From a virus: a stretch of 64,000 nucleotides of DNA. Shown here piece after piece: positions 18,638-26,904 of the stretch. The translations under genes and the position numbers were made by a program. The stretch lies in IMG/VR virus record IMGVR_UViG_3300002225_000002; one strand, given 5' to 3'. Below the pieces are notes generated by a model. That model had not been told where the DNA came from. It saw only the letters and a list, made by a program, of their open reading frames with translations, and did not search any database. Every line of letters starts with the position of its first letter. Within the stretch, counting starts at the first letter, position 1.

Positions 18638-19873
18638 TTATCTTCTAAATCTTCTACGTCTATTAAATTTCCACTTAATGTGTCTGTATGAGTTGCCTAT
18701 CGGATCAAAGTCGTACTTATTGAATGCCCATAACAACCCTACGCAAATAAGAATGTCTAATATGAATGCAAATATAAGCGCTCCGGTAGAAGGTTGTATA
18801 TGCTTCACTAAATAAAAGTATTCTTTCATTGCAGGTCGATCATAATGCTTGGCAGTTAAGTTCTCTATAGTGCCTACCAGCTCACCTTGATTATCTTTAG
18901 TAATATTTTCCATATCACTGATTGCGCCAGTTAAATTAGCAGTATATATACCATTAAACTTATTTTTTCCGAATGTCATTAGGTCTGTCCACAATATATC
19001 ACCGTTAGTGTCTAAACTAATGAAGATAATAGCGTCGTTTTTCTTACCACCAAGCCATTTGTTCTCTACGGCATGTCGGAATGACATATCACCTATACTA
19101 GTTAGGATAACGATGACATTTACCTGTTTTGCAGGGTTTAATCGCCCTAATGCCTTACCAAGCTCATAATTTAGCTTATTTTTGTCGATATTACCTTTAT
19201 ATCCCACCGATAGTACACGATTCACTTTATATCTGCCGTGAACTGTTGGGTATGCCGGAACACTAGCGCTATGTGCGTTCTTTACTTCCTTATTATTGAA
19301 TAAGCTCTCTGGTACGGCTCTGACGTAGTTGTCATATGGCCTAGTGACACTCACAGGGTCGTTAATCTTGACAATAGTCCAGCTCTTAGGCTCTTTTAGA
19401 CCTTGCTTATAACGTCCGCCTACGCGTGGTTCTTCCCAGCTAACCAGATTGGAGTTTACATACCAACGCTGTTCGTATCTAAAGTAATAACGGTAGTACG
19501 TTTCATAGATTGGCTCTTCATGTGAGCTTGTGCAGCTGCCGCTATCATTATAAGAGTCACATACTGTCTCATACCCAACAATACGCTCTTCATCATCATG
19601 GGCACTACAGAAGGATGAGTACTCATCTGTCCAGCCATCGTAGTCTGGTACGGGACAATTGCGTTTCTCTGGTTGTTTGGAGGTAACTTTGCCGTTCCAG
19701 ATCTCTCTGTCAGCCATTTTGCCATTTTTAGATACTTCAAGAACGGCTATCGCAGAAGCAGCACATATGATGATACCGATCACGACCTCTTGGAAGTTAA
19801 ATTTGTGGTTAAAACATAATTTCGCAATCAAGAATGCTGCGAATGGGATAAGTATTAATAAAAAAGCTAACAT
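18638..19873 (-). CDS. Membrane protein with Cys-rich insert and TPM-like alpha/beta domain, 411 aa
   Basis: Two N-terminal TMs, VNVIVIL...WLGGKKNDAIIFI domain, C-terminal TM and Arg-rich tail. Confidence 0.5.
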   Translation of the reverse strand: MLAFLLILIPFAAFLIAKLCFNHKFNFQEVVIGIIICAASAIAVLEVSKNGKMADREIWNGKVTSKQPEKRNCPVPDYDGWTDEYSSFCSAHDDEERIVGYETVCDSYNDSGSCTSSHEEPIYETYYRYYFRYEQRWYVNSNLVSWEEPRVGGRYKQGLKEPKSWTIVKINDPVSVTRPYDNYVRAVPESLFNNKEVKNAHSASVPAYPTVHGRYKVNRVLSVGYKGNIDKNKLNYELGKALGRLNPAKQVNVIVILTSIGDMSFRHAVENKWLGGKKNDAIIFISLDTNGDILWTDLMTFGKNKFNGIYTANLTGAISDMENITKDNQGELVGTIENLTAKHYDRPAMKEYFYLVKHIQPSTGALIFAFILDILICVGLLWAFNKYDFDPIGNSYRHIKWKFNRRRRFRR

Positions 19874-19896
19874 AGTATTCTCCGTTAAGAAGCATA

Positions 19897-19925
19897 ATAC
19901 TATTCTATTTTAAAGTTGTTGTCAA
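19897..19925 (-). promoter_or_regulatory. Sigma70-like promoter
   Basis: TTGACA-N17-TAGTAT. Confidence 0.6.
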
Positions 19926-19928
19926 ATA

Positions 19929-20273
19929 TTATTGTGTGTATATCACAGTGACATGAAGCCCAAGACGTTCTGCTATGTTTATCATGTTAGCCGTGCCGGT
20001 GCTTACTCCGTCCCACAACGCGATGAGAGCTTCTGCTTCTAACGCCATCTCTTCATTACGAATAGATCCAGCTTTCTTTCCGTGTAGATCCCAGTCCGCA
20101 GGCATTTCTAAGCATGGTATGCCTTCTAGGTCGGCCCATGCCTTACCTATTGTGTCTGCACCTCTGGCGCATCCGCATATCACTTGAGTAATTTCATAAT
20201 CTATTATGTCAAATGCCTCAAATAAATGTTCTGGTCCTACGTTGTCTCTACTACCGGCTATTATTGTCTTCAT
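19929..20273 (-). CDS. SLOG-superfamily (YspA/DUF2493-like) protein
   Basis: KTIIAGSR, VICGCARGAD, PADWDLHGKKAGSIRNEEM, ALWDGVSTGT; start moved to MKTIIAG. Confidence 0.8.
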   Translation of the reverse strand: MKTIIAGSRDNVGPEHLFEAFDIIDYEITQVICGCARGADTIGKAWADLEGIPCLEMPADWDLHGKKAGSIRNEEMALEAEALIALWDGVSTGTANMINIAERLGLHVTVIYTQ

Positions 20274-20281
20274 ATGTCCAT

Positions 20282-20303
20282 AAAAAAGGGCACCGTAGTG
20301 CCC
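20282..20303 (-). terminator. Rho-independent terminator
   Basis: Minus strand GGGCAC-UACG-GUGCCC-UUUUUU. Confidence 0.7.
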
Positions 20304-20399
20304 AAAAAGGTATTTTATTATCAGTCTAATGTGGTGTTGATTAACTGGCTCACCAATTGCCTTATCATGTGTGTATTTTACCATCATTCATGAGTCAAG

Positions 20400-21224
20400 T
20401 CAAGATAAAAAATCCTTCAGATCAATTATCTGAAAATTATTATCTATCTGCCCATATACCCACGTGTCTATATAGTGAATATTACCTATAGTAAACGGCG
20501 CAGTATCTGTATACTCAATGATGGGTGTGTGTCCGCAGAACACAGCGTCTATATTAAGCATAGTTTCACAAGAGTGATCCTTACCATACATAACTGAGGT
20601 TCCACATCTCTCTATGCGTGATCTGCTCCAAGCAGCGTCTCGCATGAGTCTACTAGCATCAGTACATTCGACTTCTAAACCATTCGACACCGACACTACG
20701 TCGTTCCAGTCATAGGTATCGTTGATTTCAGCATGTACCATTGCAACTTTCTTCATAGTGCCATCGACTTGTACCGGAATTTCCATGAAATACGGTAATG
20801 CGTCTAATGCGACCATGTATTCTTTAAGCTCTTTAACTCCAAGGTCTTCACCGTGCACGGTTTTTAAGTCTTCGAACCATCTTCCGCCGTTACCCATCCA
20901 TGTATTATATGATATGATACCAGTCATATCATCAGCAGGGCAGCCGCGTAACATAAAGTCTACTCCTCTAACTAGAAACTCTTCATGGTTTCCTTTTATG
21001 GAATAGAACCAGTCTTTTTTAAGATAATCTAAGCACTCATGAGAGTACGGACCTCTATCGATCAAGTCACCCACTACGAATAGCCTATCTTGTTCGAAAT
21101 TAAAACCTATTTCTTCCAACTTATTATCAAGTTTTCTGAAATGACCATGGATGTCCCCAACAACGAAGTCTTTCCCTTCTACATTAGGCTCCATGATCTG
21201 TAAAAAGTGTATATTATCGCTCAT
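20400..21224 (-). CDS. Calcineurin-like Ser/Thr protein phosphatase (NinI/PrpA-like)
   Basis: GDIHG, GDLIDRGP, GNHE, CGHTP motifs; start moved to MSDNIHF. Confidence 0.88.
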   Translation of the reverse strand: MSDNIHFLQIMEPNVEGKDFVVGDIHGHFRKLDNKLEEIGFNFEQDRLFVVGDLIDRGPYSHECLDYLKKDWFYSIKGNHEEFLVRGVDFMLRGCPADDMTGIISYNTWMGNGGRWFEDLKTVHGEDLGVKELKEYMVALDALPYFMEIPVQVDGTMKKVAMVHAEINDTYDWNDVVSVSNGLEVECTDASRLMRDAAWSRSRIERCGTSVMYGKDHSCETMLNIDAVFCGHTPIIEYTDTAPFTIGNIHYIDTWVYGQIDNNFQIIDLKDFLS

Positions 21225-21486
21225 CTTCCTTGGTGTACTCCATTTGCTCAAACTCGGCGTAAGGGCCAAAGCCAACTTTACATCCGATACCTTCCTTGTG
21301 CGCTTCCACGCATAGTTCTCTAACCTCAGAGTATTCCTTATTGCCATATCCCATATCATCTAACATATAGCGCTGATACCCACATACTGCGAGCAATAAA
21401 ATAAGTAATACGCCCATGTAGTATATACCTAGTGTGCTGTTTGCTGTATCTTTTTTGTCTTCATCGTTAATGTACATTATGTCCAT
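21214..21486 (-). CDS. Small membrane protein, 90 aa
   Basis: Single TM segment. Confidence 0.5.
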   Translation of the reverse strand: MDIMYINDEDKKDTANSTLGIYYMGVLLILLLAVCGYQRYMLDDMGYGNKEYSEVRELCVEAHKEGIGCKVGFGPYAEFEQMEYTKEDER

Positions 21487-22133
21487 AACCTCAAGTAATA
21501 TTTGGAGAATAAATCAAGACCTTCTTGGACTACCCTTTCAATATTGTTCGGGTCCACTTCCATGAACTCATAGTAGTCTTCCATCTTAATCTTGCCGTGT
21601 GTTTCTTCAAGAGACTTTAATGTGTCCATCTCTTCATGAATCAACTCAGTGTGTATCTTAAGAACATCAGGTATTCTAATGTCTCCTAGACCTTCCTCGC
21701 AGGATGTTACGGCTAACTCATTAGACACGTACTTGAATGATATAATCATCCTAGTCATGACATATTCCCACTTAAAGCTACGAGACACGTCTATACCATG
21801 GAACTTAACGCCTATATCCATAATAGCATCCGGTACGTCCATGTCATCAACTGGAGGCACACCTTGCTTCTCAACATTTAACCTTTCCAATAATGGCACT
21901 ATAATTTTAGCCATTGTTATATCGGCATTCTTCACGTCGTTTGACTCTATGACTATTTTATCACTAAACTTAAATTTATGCAAGCAATATCTAATGAAAT
22001 GACTAATGGCAATAGGGACAGTTAACATAAAAGCCAGCGCCCTTATATTAGTGTCGTCCAAGTAACCATAGTAACGTCTTTTTATACTTTGGAGATCATC
22101 AAACTTTGAACTTTCCTTCAATCTCACCTTCAT
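21477..22133 (-). CDS. Hypothetical protein, 218 aa
   Basis: Long ORF; ends GLDLFSKYYLRLWT. Confidence 0.6.
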   Translation of the reverse strand: MKVRLKESSKFDDLQSIKRRYYGYLDDTNIRALAFMLTVPIAISHFIRYCLHKFKFSDKIVIESNDVKNADITMAKIIVPLLERLNVEKQGVPPVDDMDVPDAIMDIGVKFHGIDVSRSFKWEYVMTRMIISFKYVSNELAVTSCEEGLGDIRIPDVLKIHTELIHEEMDTLKSLEETHGKIKMEDYYEFMEVDPNNIERVVQEGLDLFSKYYLRLWT

Positions 22134-22365
22134 TACGCGTTGACTCCTTTAGTTCCAACTCAGCATTCTTTCTTTCGCTAACCCACACTAACAACTCCAA
22201 TATATTCGGACTAGCTAGGTTATTTGACGATTTTTTTAGAGAGCTAGATGCAAATGTATGCATGCCTGCGCAATCTTCATGTACAGTTACTGTACATGTA
22301 GGCTTACCAACGATGTTATATATGTGAGTGTAAGTATTCATTGTTAAGTTCTCGGTGTTCTCCAT
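22099..22365 (-). CDS. Hypothetical protein, <=88 aa
   Basis: Fills the gap between neighbours. Confidence 0.4.
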   Translation of the reverse strand: MENTENLTMNTYTHIYNIVGKPTCTVTVHEDCAGMHTFASSSLKKSSNNLASPNILELLVWVSERKNAELELKESTRNEGEIEGKFKV

Positions 22366-22850
22366 TTTCTAATAACGCAAGTGTCATGGGAACGGAGTAC
22401 ACCTTGCAAAAAGAATGACTCCGATAACGATGGCAAGAACGTATCTATTTCCATATCTTTATATACGCACGAATCTTTGATCGTAGTTATATATGCCTTA
22501 CTGATGTGTTTCATAAAAGCAGCGTATGTTTTTTCTCCACCTATCACGATAAATTCTTTATCGCTGTGGAGTTTAACTAATTCAAGGATGCTATCAAAGT
22601 TCATAAACCTCAAACTACCATGCGTGCTATTAGCATGACGTGTGACAACATAGTTGTCTCTGTTAGGTAGCGCTCTGCTACCAATGGACTCAAACGTGTT
22701 ATGTCCCATAATAACTGATTTACCAGTGGTGAATTCTTTAAAGAATTTCATGTCTTCTGGACATTTCCATGGTAATCTATTTTCTGACCCTATACCGCCA
22801 TCTTGCGTAGTCGCCGCGATAAGGGATAAATTCTCAAGTATCTGTGTCAT
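22344..22850 (-). CDS. folA: Dihydrofolate reductase
   Basis: GIGSENRLPWKCPEDMKFFK, VIMGHNTFESIGSRALPNR, VIGG. Confidence 0.93.
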   Translation of the reverse strand: MTQILENLSLIAATTQDGGIGSENRLPWKCPEDMKFFKEFTTGKSVIMGHNTFESIGSRALPNRDNYVVTRHANSTHGSLRFMNFDSILELVKLHSDKEFIVIGGEKTYAAFMKHISKAYITTIKDSCVYKDMEIDTFLPSLSESFFLQGVLRSHDTCVIRKWRTPRT

Positions 22851-23124
22851 TTTTATCTGCCTTGTTAAATGCTCTAACCATTATAGGATGCAATTTCATA
22901 GATGCCCCAATAGCTATACCACCGGCAATTATAAAAGCAAACCATGTAGGTGAGTATGCCTCTGTCTGTGATATGGCGTTGACGTTATAAAAGCTACACA
23001 CACTGATGAGCAGTGATGTCGTCATTGCCATATAAATATGGTTGTGAACCACATTTAATTGATTGAGGCCCACTAATAAAATCATAAAAAACTGTGATAT
23101 AAATACGTAGGCCACATCAATCAT
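22834..23124 (-). CDS. Small multi-pass membrane protein, 96 aa
   Basis: About three hydrophobic segments. Confidence 0.55.
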   Translation of the reverse strand: MIDVAYVFISQFFMILLVGLNQLNVVHNHIYMAMTTSLLISVCSFYNVNAISQTEAYSPTWFAFIIAGGIAIGASMKLHPIMVRAFNKADKNDTDT

Positions 23125-23402
23125 TTGCTATACACCAAAACCTTATCGTCAATACTATCTGCTCCACTATCATCAATCTCTTGAAGTCGCACAGATAGTT
23201 CCATGCGCCGTAGACCAGGATTTATATTGGCGTTCTTACCAAATAGTTCCACCGAATACACTTTTTTTGTGTCCTTTGATACCAAACGATCTAATACTTC
23301 ACTAATAAACCACTTCTCGTTTGGATCTGTAAACAATGAAACGCCATCATCGGAGAAAAATAACGTCGGCTCCGACACCAACCCAGTTACATGATACGTC
23401 AT
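23121..23402 (-). CDS. Hypothetical protein, 93 aa
   Basis: Operon context. Confidence 0.5.
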   Translation of the reverse strand: MTYHVTGLVSEPTLFFSDDGVSLFTDPNEKWFISEVLDRLVSKDTKKVYSVELFGKNANINPGLRRMELSVRLQEIDDSGADSIDDKVLVYSK

Positions 23403-23636
23403 CTATTCTCTCAGTGGATCGATCTCAACAGTGTTTGTGTCAACTTCTGCTAAGTCGATATCATCTTGGTTAGATGGAGAGTAATAGGCTTCTGAATGGT
23501 GTTCAGCGCAGTAACTTGATCCAGATTTAATTTGCTTGCTATGGCAGAAAACTATGCCACGCTCGTCTATCGACACCGGCCACTCACATTCTGTGGCTGG
23601 TGGGATAGGACCTGTGTTATGTTGGGGAGTCGTCAT
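23403..23636 (-). CDS. Stand-alone GcrA C-terminal-like Cys3His zinc domain protein
   Basis: CEWP...FC...YCAEHHSEAY matches the GcrA C.WP...FC...YC..H...AY signature. Confidence 0.6.
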   Translation of the reverse strand: MTTPQHNTGPIPPATECEWPVSIDERGIVFCHSKQIKSGSSYCAEHHSEAYYSPSNQDDIDLAEVDTNTVEIDPLRE

Positions 23637-23667
23637 ATATACCTCTGTTAATGGATAATCTGAATCA

Positions 23668-23691
23668 ATTATAACATGTTTTCAACATGTT
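23668..23691 (-). promoter_or_regulatory. Extended -10 promoter TGTTATAAT with tandem AACATGTT palindromes
   Basis: TATAAT at 23668-23673; AACATGTT at 23673-23680 and 23684-23691. Confidence 0.5.
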
Positions 23692-23694
23692 TTC

Positions 23695-24000
23695 TCAATC
23701 TATATCTGTGTATTCTATGACTATGGTATGGTTGCCTGTAGTTATTGCCTCCTTTACGGCATCAACTAGGTTACTTTCGTAGCTTGGCACTGAATACCAC
23801 GTAATATCATACGGGCTATCTACGAATCCCTTCACTGCATCGTACACGTTCTTTCGGTAATCATCAAGATCGTATACGTTACAATCGTTCAAACCTACCA
23901 TCTCAATTAAACTGTCGTAATAAATGATCTGGAAGGTTATTTTCTTTCCTTTCTTATCTGTGGCGACGTATTTAACGCCGACCTCTTTTAAATCAATCAT
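23695..24000 (-). CDS. Hypothetical protein, 101 aa
   Basis: Operon context. Confidence 0.55.
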   Translation of the reverse strand: MIDLKEVGVKYVATDKKGKKITFQIIYYDSLIEMVGLNDCNVYDLDDYRKNVYDAVKGFVDSPYDITWYSVPSYESNLVDAVKEAITTGNHTIVIEYTDID

Positions 24001-24301
24001 AAAATATTAGCATGGAACCTTCATACACATCACAAAACTCGAAGGGCAAATCACAGAAATCAGTCCAACCAATGGGACCTTCATTCCACGTTATGAATGC
24101 ACCAACGCGTCCGATGTTACGCCTCATAGCTTCTTCTTTACTATGGACCTTAACTCCTCTAGGATCATATCCTGAGTTTTTAGCAATGTCTTTTAACTCT
24201 AGAACTACTGTCTGGGCCATAATATACGGCTCATCACTTAAGCATTCTTTCCAATGTTCTCTGGTTCTCATGGTACACTCCTTGTACATAATTACCACCA
24301 T
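23993..24301 (-). CDS. Hypothetical protein, ~100 aa
   Basis: Operon context. Confidence 0.5.
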   Translation of the reverse strand: MVVIMYKECTMRTREHWKECLSDEPYIMAQTVVLELKDIAKNSGYDPRGVKVHSKEEAMRRNIGRVGAFITWNEGPIGWTDFCDLPFEFCDVYEGSMLIFYD

Positions 24302-24337
24302 CGTACGTCACGTATAATGACGGTATATTTTACGGTA

Positions 24338-24610
24338 CTATTCGTCTATCAAAGAAATTTCCGTACCGTCTCTGCATATTACAGTGACTGTTCCGAAATC
24401 ACCCGTAAGTGTATTGACGTCAAAATTGAATTCATTAACGTATTGGCTTCCGCCACATGCATAATGCATCTTCACTATTGTCAGTTTAGAAACACTTACC
24501 ACAGCATCAGCATCTATTCGTGATTCTTTATGGCCTATTTCCCTACCCATAAGTAAGGAGGCCAATCCAAAACACAAACATAATGTTGAAATCATGAAAA
24601 AGTTATTCAT
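24338..24610 (-). CDS. Small secreted/membrane protein, 90 aa
   Basis: Hydrophobic N-terminus; start overlaps the clpS stop. Confidence 0.5.
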   Translation of the reverse strand: MNNFFMISTLCLCFGLASLLMGREIGHKESRIDADAVVSVSKLTIVKMHYACGGSQYVNEFNFDVNTLTGDFGTVTVICRDGTEISLIDE

Positions 24611-24915
24611 TACACTTCCTCAACCACAACTTGAAGAGGGAATCCATTGGCGCGAGCCAATTTCGTAGTCTCTTCTTGCTTAGTCTCGGCAATTTCCTCA
24701 CTGTATACACCGGCAATGCCACGCCCAGTATGATGAATCTGTAAGGTAACCATTTCCGCATCCACTAATGTTTTGTGAAATACTGAAGCTAATACATCCA
24801 CCACAAATTCAATGTGGGTTTTATCGTCGTTCAAGAAAACTACTTGATACGTGGAAGGTTCCTTAATCTGAACTTCTTCCAAAACCATAGTGTCTTCGCA
24901 TGTTTGTGTGCTCAT
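24610..24915 (-). CDS. clpS: ATP-dependent Clp protease adaptor
   Basis: YQVVFLNDDKTHIEFVVDVL, QIHHTGRGIAGVY, EIAETK, ARANGFPL. Confidence 0.9.
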   Translation of the reverse strand: MSTQTCEDTMVLEEVQIKEPSTYQVVFLNDDKTHIEFVVDVLASVFHKTLVDAEMVTLQIHHTGRGIAGVYSEEIAETKQEETTKLARANGFPLQVVVEEV

Positions 24916-25024
24916 TGTCGGTATCTCCTACCATCAGTATATTAATTTTGCGCTATTGTAACAAACTTTCCCCGTTAAGGGAAGCTTTATTTACAAATAA
25001 GATCAAAAAAACAACTGATAATAG

Positions 25025-25032
25025 TATTTATC
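25025..25032 (-). promoter_or_regulatory. Late-like promoter GATAAATA(CTATT) overlapping the rpsU stop, pointing at clpS
   Basis: Followed by CTATT, as in the extended T4 late consensus TATAAATACTATT. Confidence 0.45.
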
Positions 25033-25264
25033 TTTTTCTGTGTTGTGCTTCAGGGCTATTATCTCTGACGCGCTTTTGCTCTCTACGACTTGCAGCTGCC
25101 TTATCTTTCTTTCGCTTAGACGTCTTCTTCTCGTAGTGCTCTCTTTCTCTCAACTCACGAATGAGTCCTGAGCTTTGTACTTTTTTACTGAACATCCTTA
25201 ATGCGCGTTCGAAGTTACCTTTAACTTCTACCGCAAGACCTTCTATCCTTACTGGACCTTTCAT
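25028..25264 (-). CDS. rpsU: 30S ribosomal protein bS21
   Basis: NFERALRMFSKKVQSSGLIRELREREHYEK..SKRK. Confidence 0.9.
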   Translation of the reverse strand: MKGPVRIEGLAVEVKGNFERALRMFSKKVQSSGLIRELREREHYEKKTSKRKKDKAAASRREQKRVRDNSPEAQHRKR

Positions 25265-26475
25265 GTATCTTCCTTTTCTAATGTAATGATACCTTTGTCT
25301 CCAACGACTACACGTATGACATTATCATTTTTATGTTTTTTAAGATCGAACTGTACGCCACTAAGATCTTCTTCAAGACTTCTTCTAAGGCCTCTGGCCC
25401 CAGTCTTGTGCTCTATGGCTTTTGAAGCCAAGTACTCTAGGTATTCTTCTGTGAATACCAATTCTATTTCTTCAACCGCAAACAAGTCTTTAAATTGAGA
25501 GAATATGCTATTCTTAGGTTCCACGATAATTCTTTTCAGCATATCCACGCTTAGTGGTTGCAGAGTTACCATGATAGGGAATCTACCAATGAATTCCCGT
25601 ATAAGACCATACTTACTCAAATCTTCAGATGATATCTTAGGCACTGTGGCCTCATCACTATTAGTAAGAGTTGCAGATAGACCCATGGTCGTGCCAGCAT
25701 CTCTTTTCTTAGCTATATCATCCAACCCAACGAATGCACCACCAGCTATGAACAAAATGTCCTTAGTGTTGAATGGAACCAACGTTAATGGTTGCTTATT
25801 CTTCGGATTAGGGTTGATCATAAGCTCTGTGCCCTCAACTAGCTTCAATAAAGCTTGCTGTACGCCTTCGCCTGAGATATCCCTACCACTACCGCCTGTT
25901 TTTGCCTTAGCTTTCTTATCAATCTCATCTAAGAACACAATACCTTGCTGTGCCTTATCTATATCGCCGTCAGCGGCCATAAGAAGGTCCTCAAAGATAC
26001 TTTCTACGTCTTGCCCTACATAACCTGCCTCAGTGAGAGAGGTGCTGTTAGCGACAATGCACGGAACGTCAGCAATCTTAGTAATAGTCTTCAATAATAA
26101 CGTCTTACCACTACCTGATGGTCCTACCATTAGAATATTTGACTTTTCCACTGTGTCCTCACCACGATTAACCATGGCAATTCTTTTCTTATGATTGAAT
26201 ATCGCCACTGATAACTTTTCTTTAGCGCTATTTTGACCAACCACGTACTCATCTAATTGATTCTTAATATCATTAGGATACAAAATGGACTTGGTACACT
26301 CAACTTTATCAAGTGCAGCCTCATCCGCTTTCATTTCTAATACGAACTCTTCAGCGACACCAGTACATTCACTACAAATGTAGGCTGATGGTACACCTTC
26401 AGAGTCTAACGGTCCTGATATAAGTAAATCAACCTCGCCTTTTCCTTTACCACAAAAAGTACATAATTCACTCAT
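25261..26475 (-). CDS. clpX: ATP-dependent Clp protease ATP-binding subunit
   Basis: N-terminal Zn domain CTFC...ICSEC, KSNILMVGPSGSGKT, GYVG, DEIDK, RDISGEGVQQALLK, TGARGL. Confidence 0.95.
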   Translation of the reverse strand: MSELCTFCGKGKGEVDLLISGPLDSEGVPSAYICSECTGVAEEFVLEMKADEAALDKVECTKSILYPNDIKNQLDEYVVGQNSAKEKLSVAIFNHKKRIAMVNRGEDTVEKSNILMVGPSGSGKTLLLKTITKIADVPCIVANSTSLTEAGYVGQDVESIFEDLLMAADGDIDKAQQGIVFLDEIDKKAKAKTGGSGRDISGEGVQQALLKLVEGTELMINPNPKNKQPLTLVPFNTKDILFIAGGAFVGLDDIAKKRDAGTTMGLSATLTNSDEATVPKISSEDLSKYGLIREFIGRFPIMVTLQPLSVDMLKRIIVEPKNSIFSQFKDLFAVEEIELVFTEEYLEYLASKAIEHKTGARGLRRSLEEDLSGVQFDLKKHKNDNVIRVVVGDKGIITLEKEDT

Positions 26476-26903
26476 TAATAAATCCTCGTCTGTATAGCAG
26501 ATTCATGTTCTGCTTTAGCGTTGTGCGTTTGTACTAAAACATTCACTTTATCTTCAAGATTACGTAATCTATTATCATGTCTAGTACGGTCTTCGCATAA
26601 CGTTTTTACTTCGGCTTCTAATACTTCATTACGTTTAACCAGAATAGTTATCTCATTAGCCATCTCAGTAAAAATACTATGCCTAGCTGGATAAACGGTA
26701 CTGTAATCTGTCAGGTCGCTATATTTATTTAGGTTCAACTGTTTACACGTAGCTGAATCATATGCCATAGGGTCATGCCCTGCCAGTTTATCTTGCATCA
26801 CACATTGCAAATGATCCGCAAGCTTATCTTCACTGAATACTCCATTGAAAAGAGCCATCTCTAAATAACTGAGTTGCTCCTCTAACGTCCTAGAAATTTC
26901 CAT
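26475..26903 (-). CDS. Hypothetical coiled-coil protein, 142 aa
   Basis: Operon context. Confidence 0.55.
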   Translation of the reverse strand: MEISRTLEEQLSYLEMALFNGVFSEDKLADHLQCVMQDKLAGHDPMAYDSATCKQLNLNKYSDLTDYSTVYPARHSIFTEMANEITILVKRNEVLEAEVKTLCEDRTRHDNRLRNLEDKVNVLVQTHNAKAEHESAIQTRIY

Positions 26904-26904
26904 A

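Noticed and set aside
22834-23124. Holin call for the three-TM protein
   Set aside because: Size and topology fit, but it is not next to a lysin and has no dual-start or charged-tail signature.
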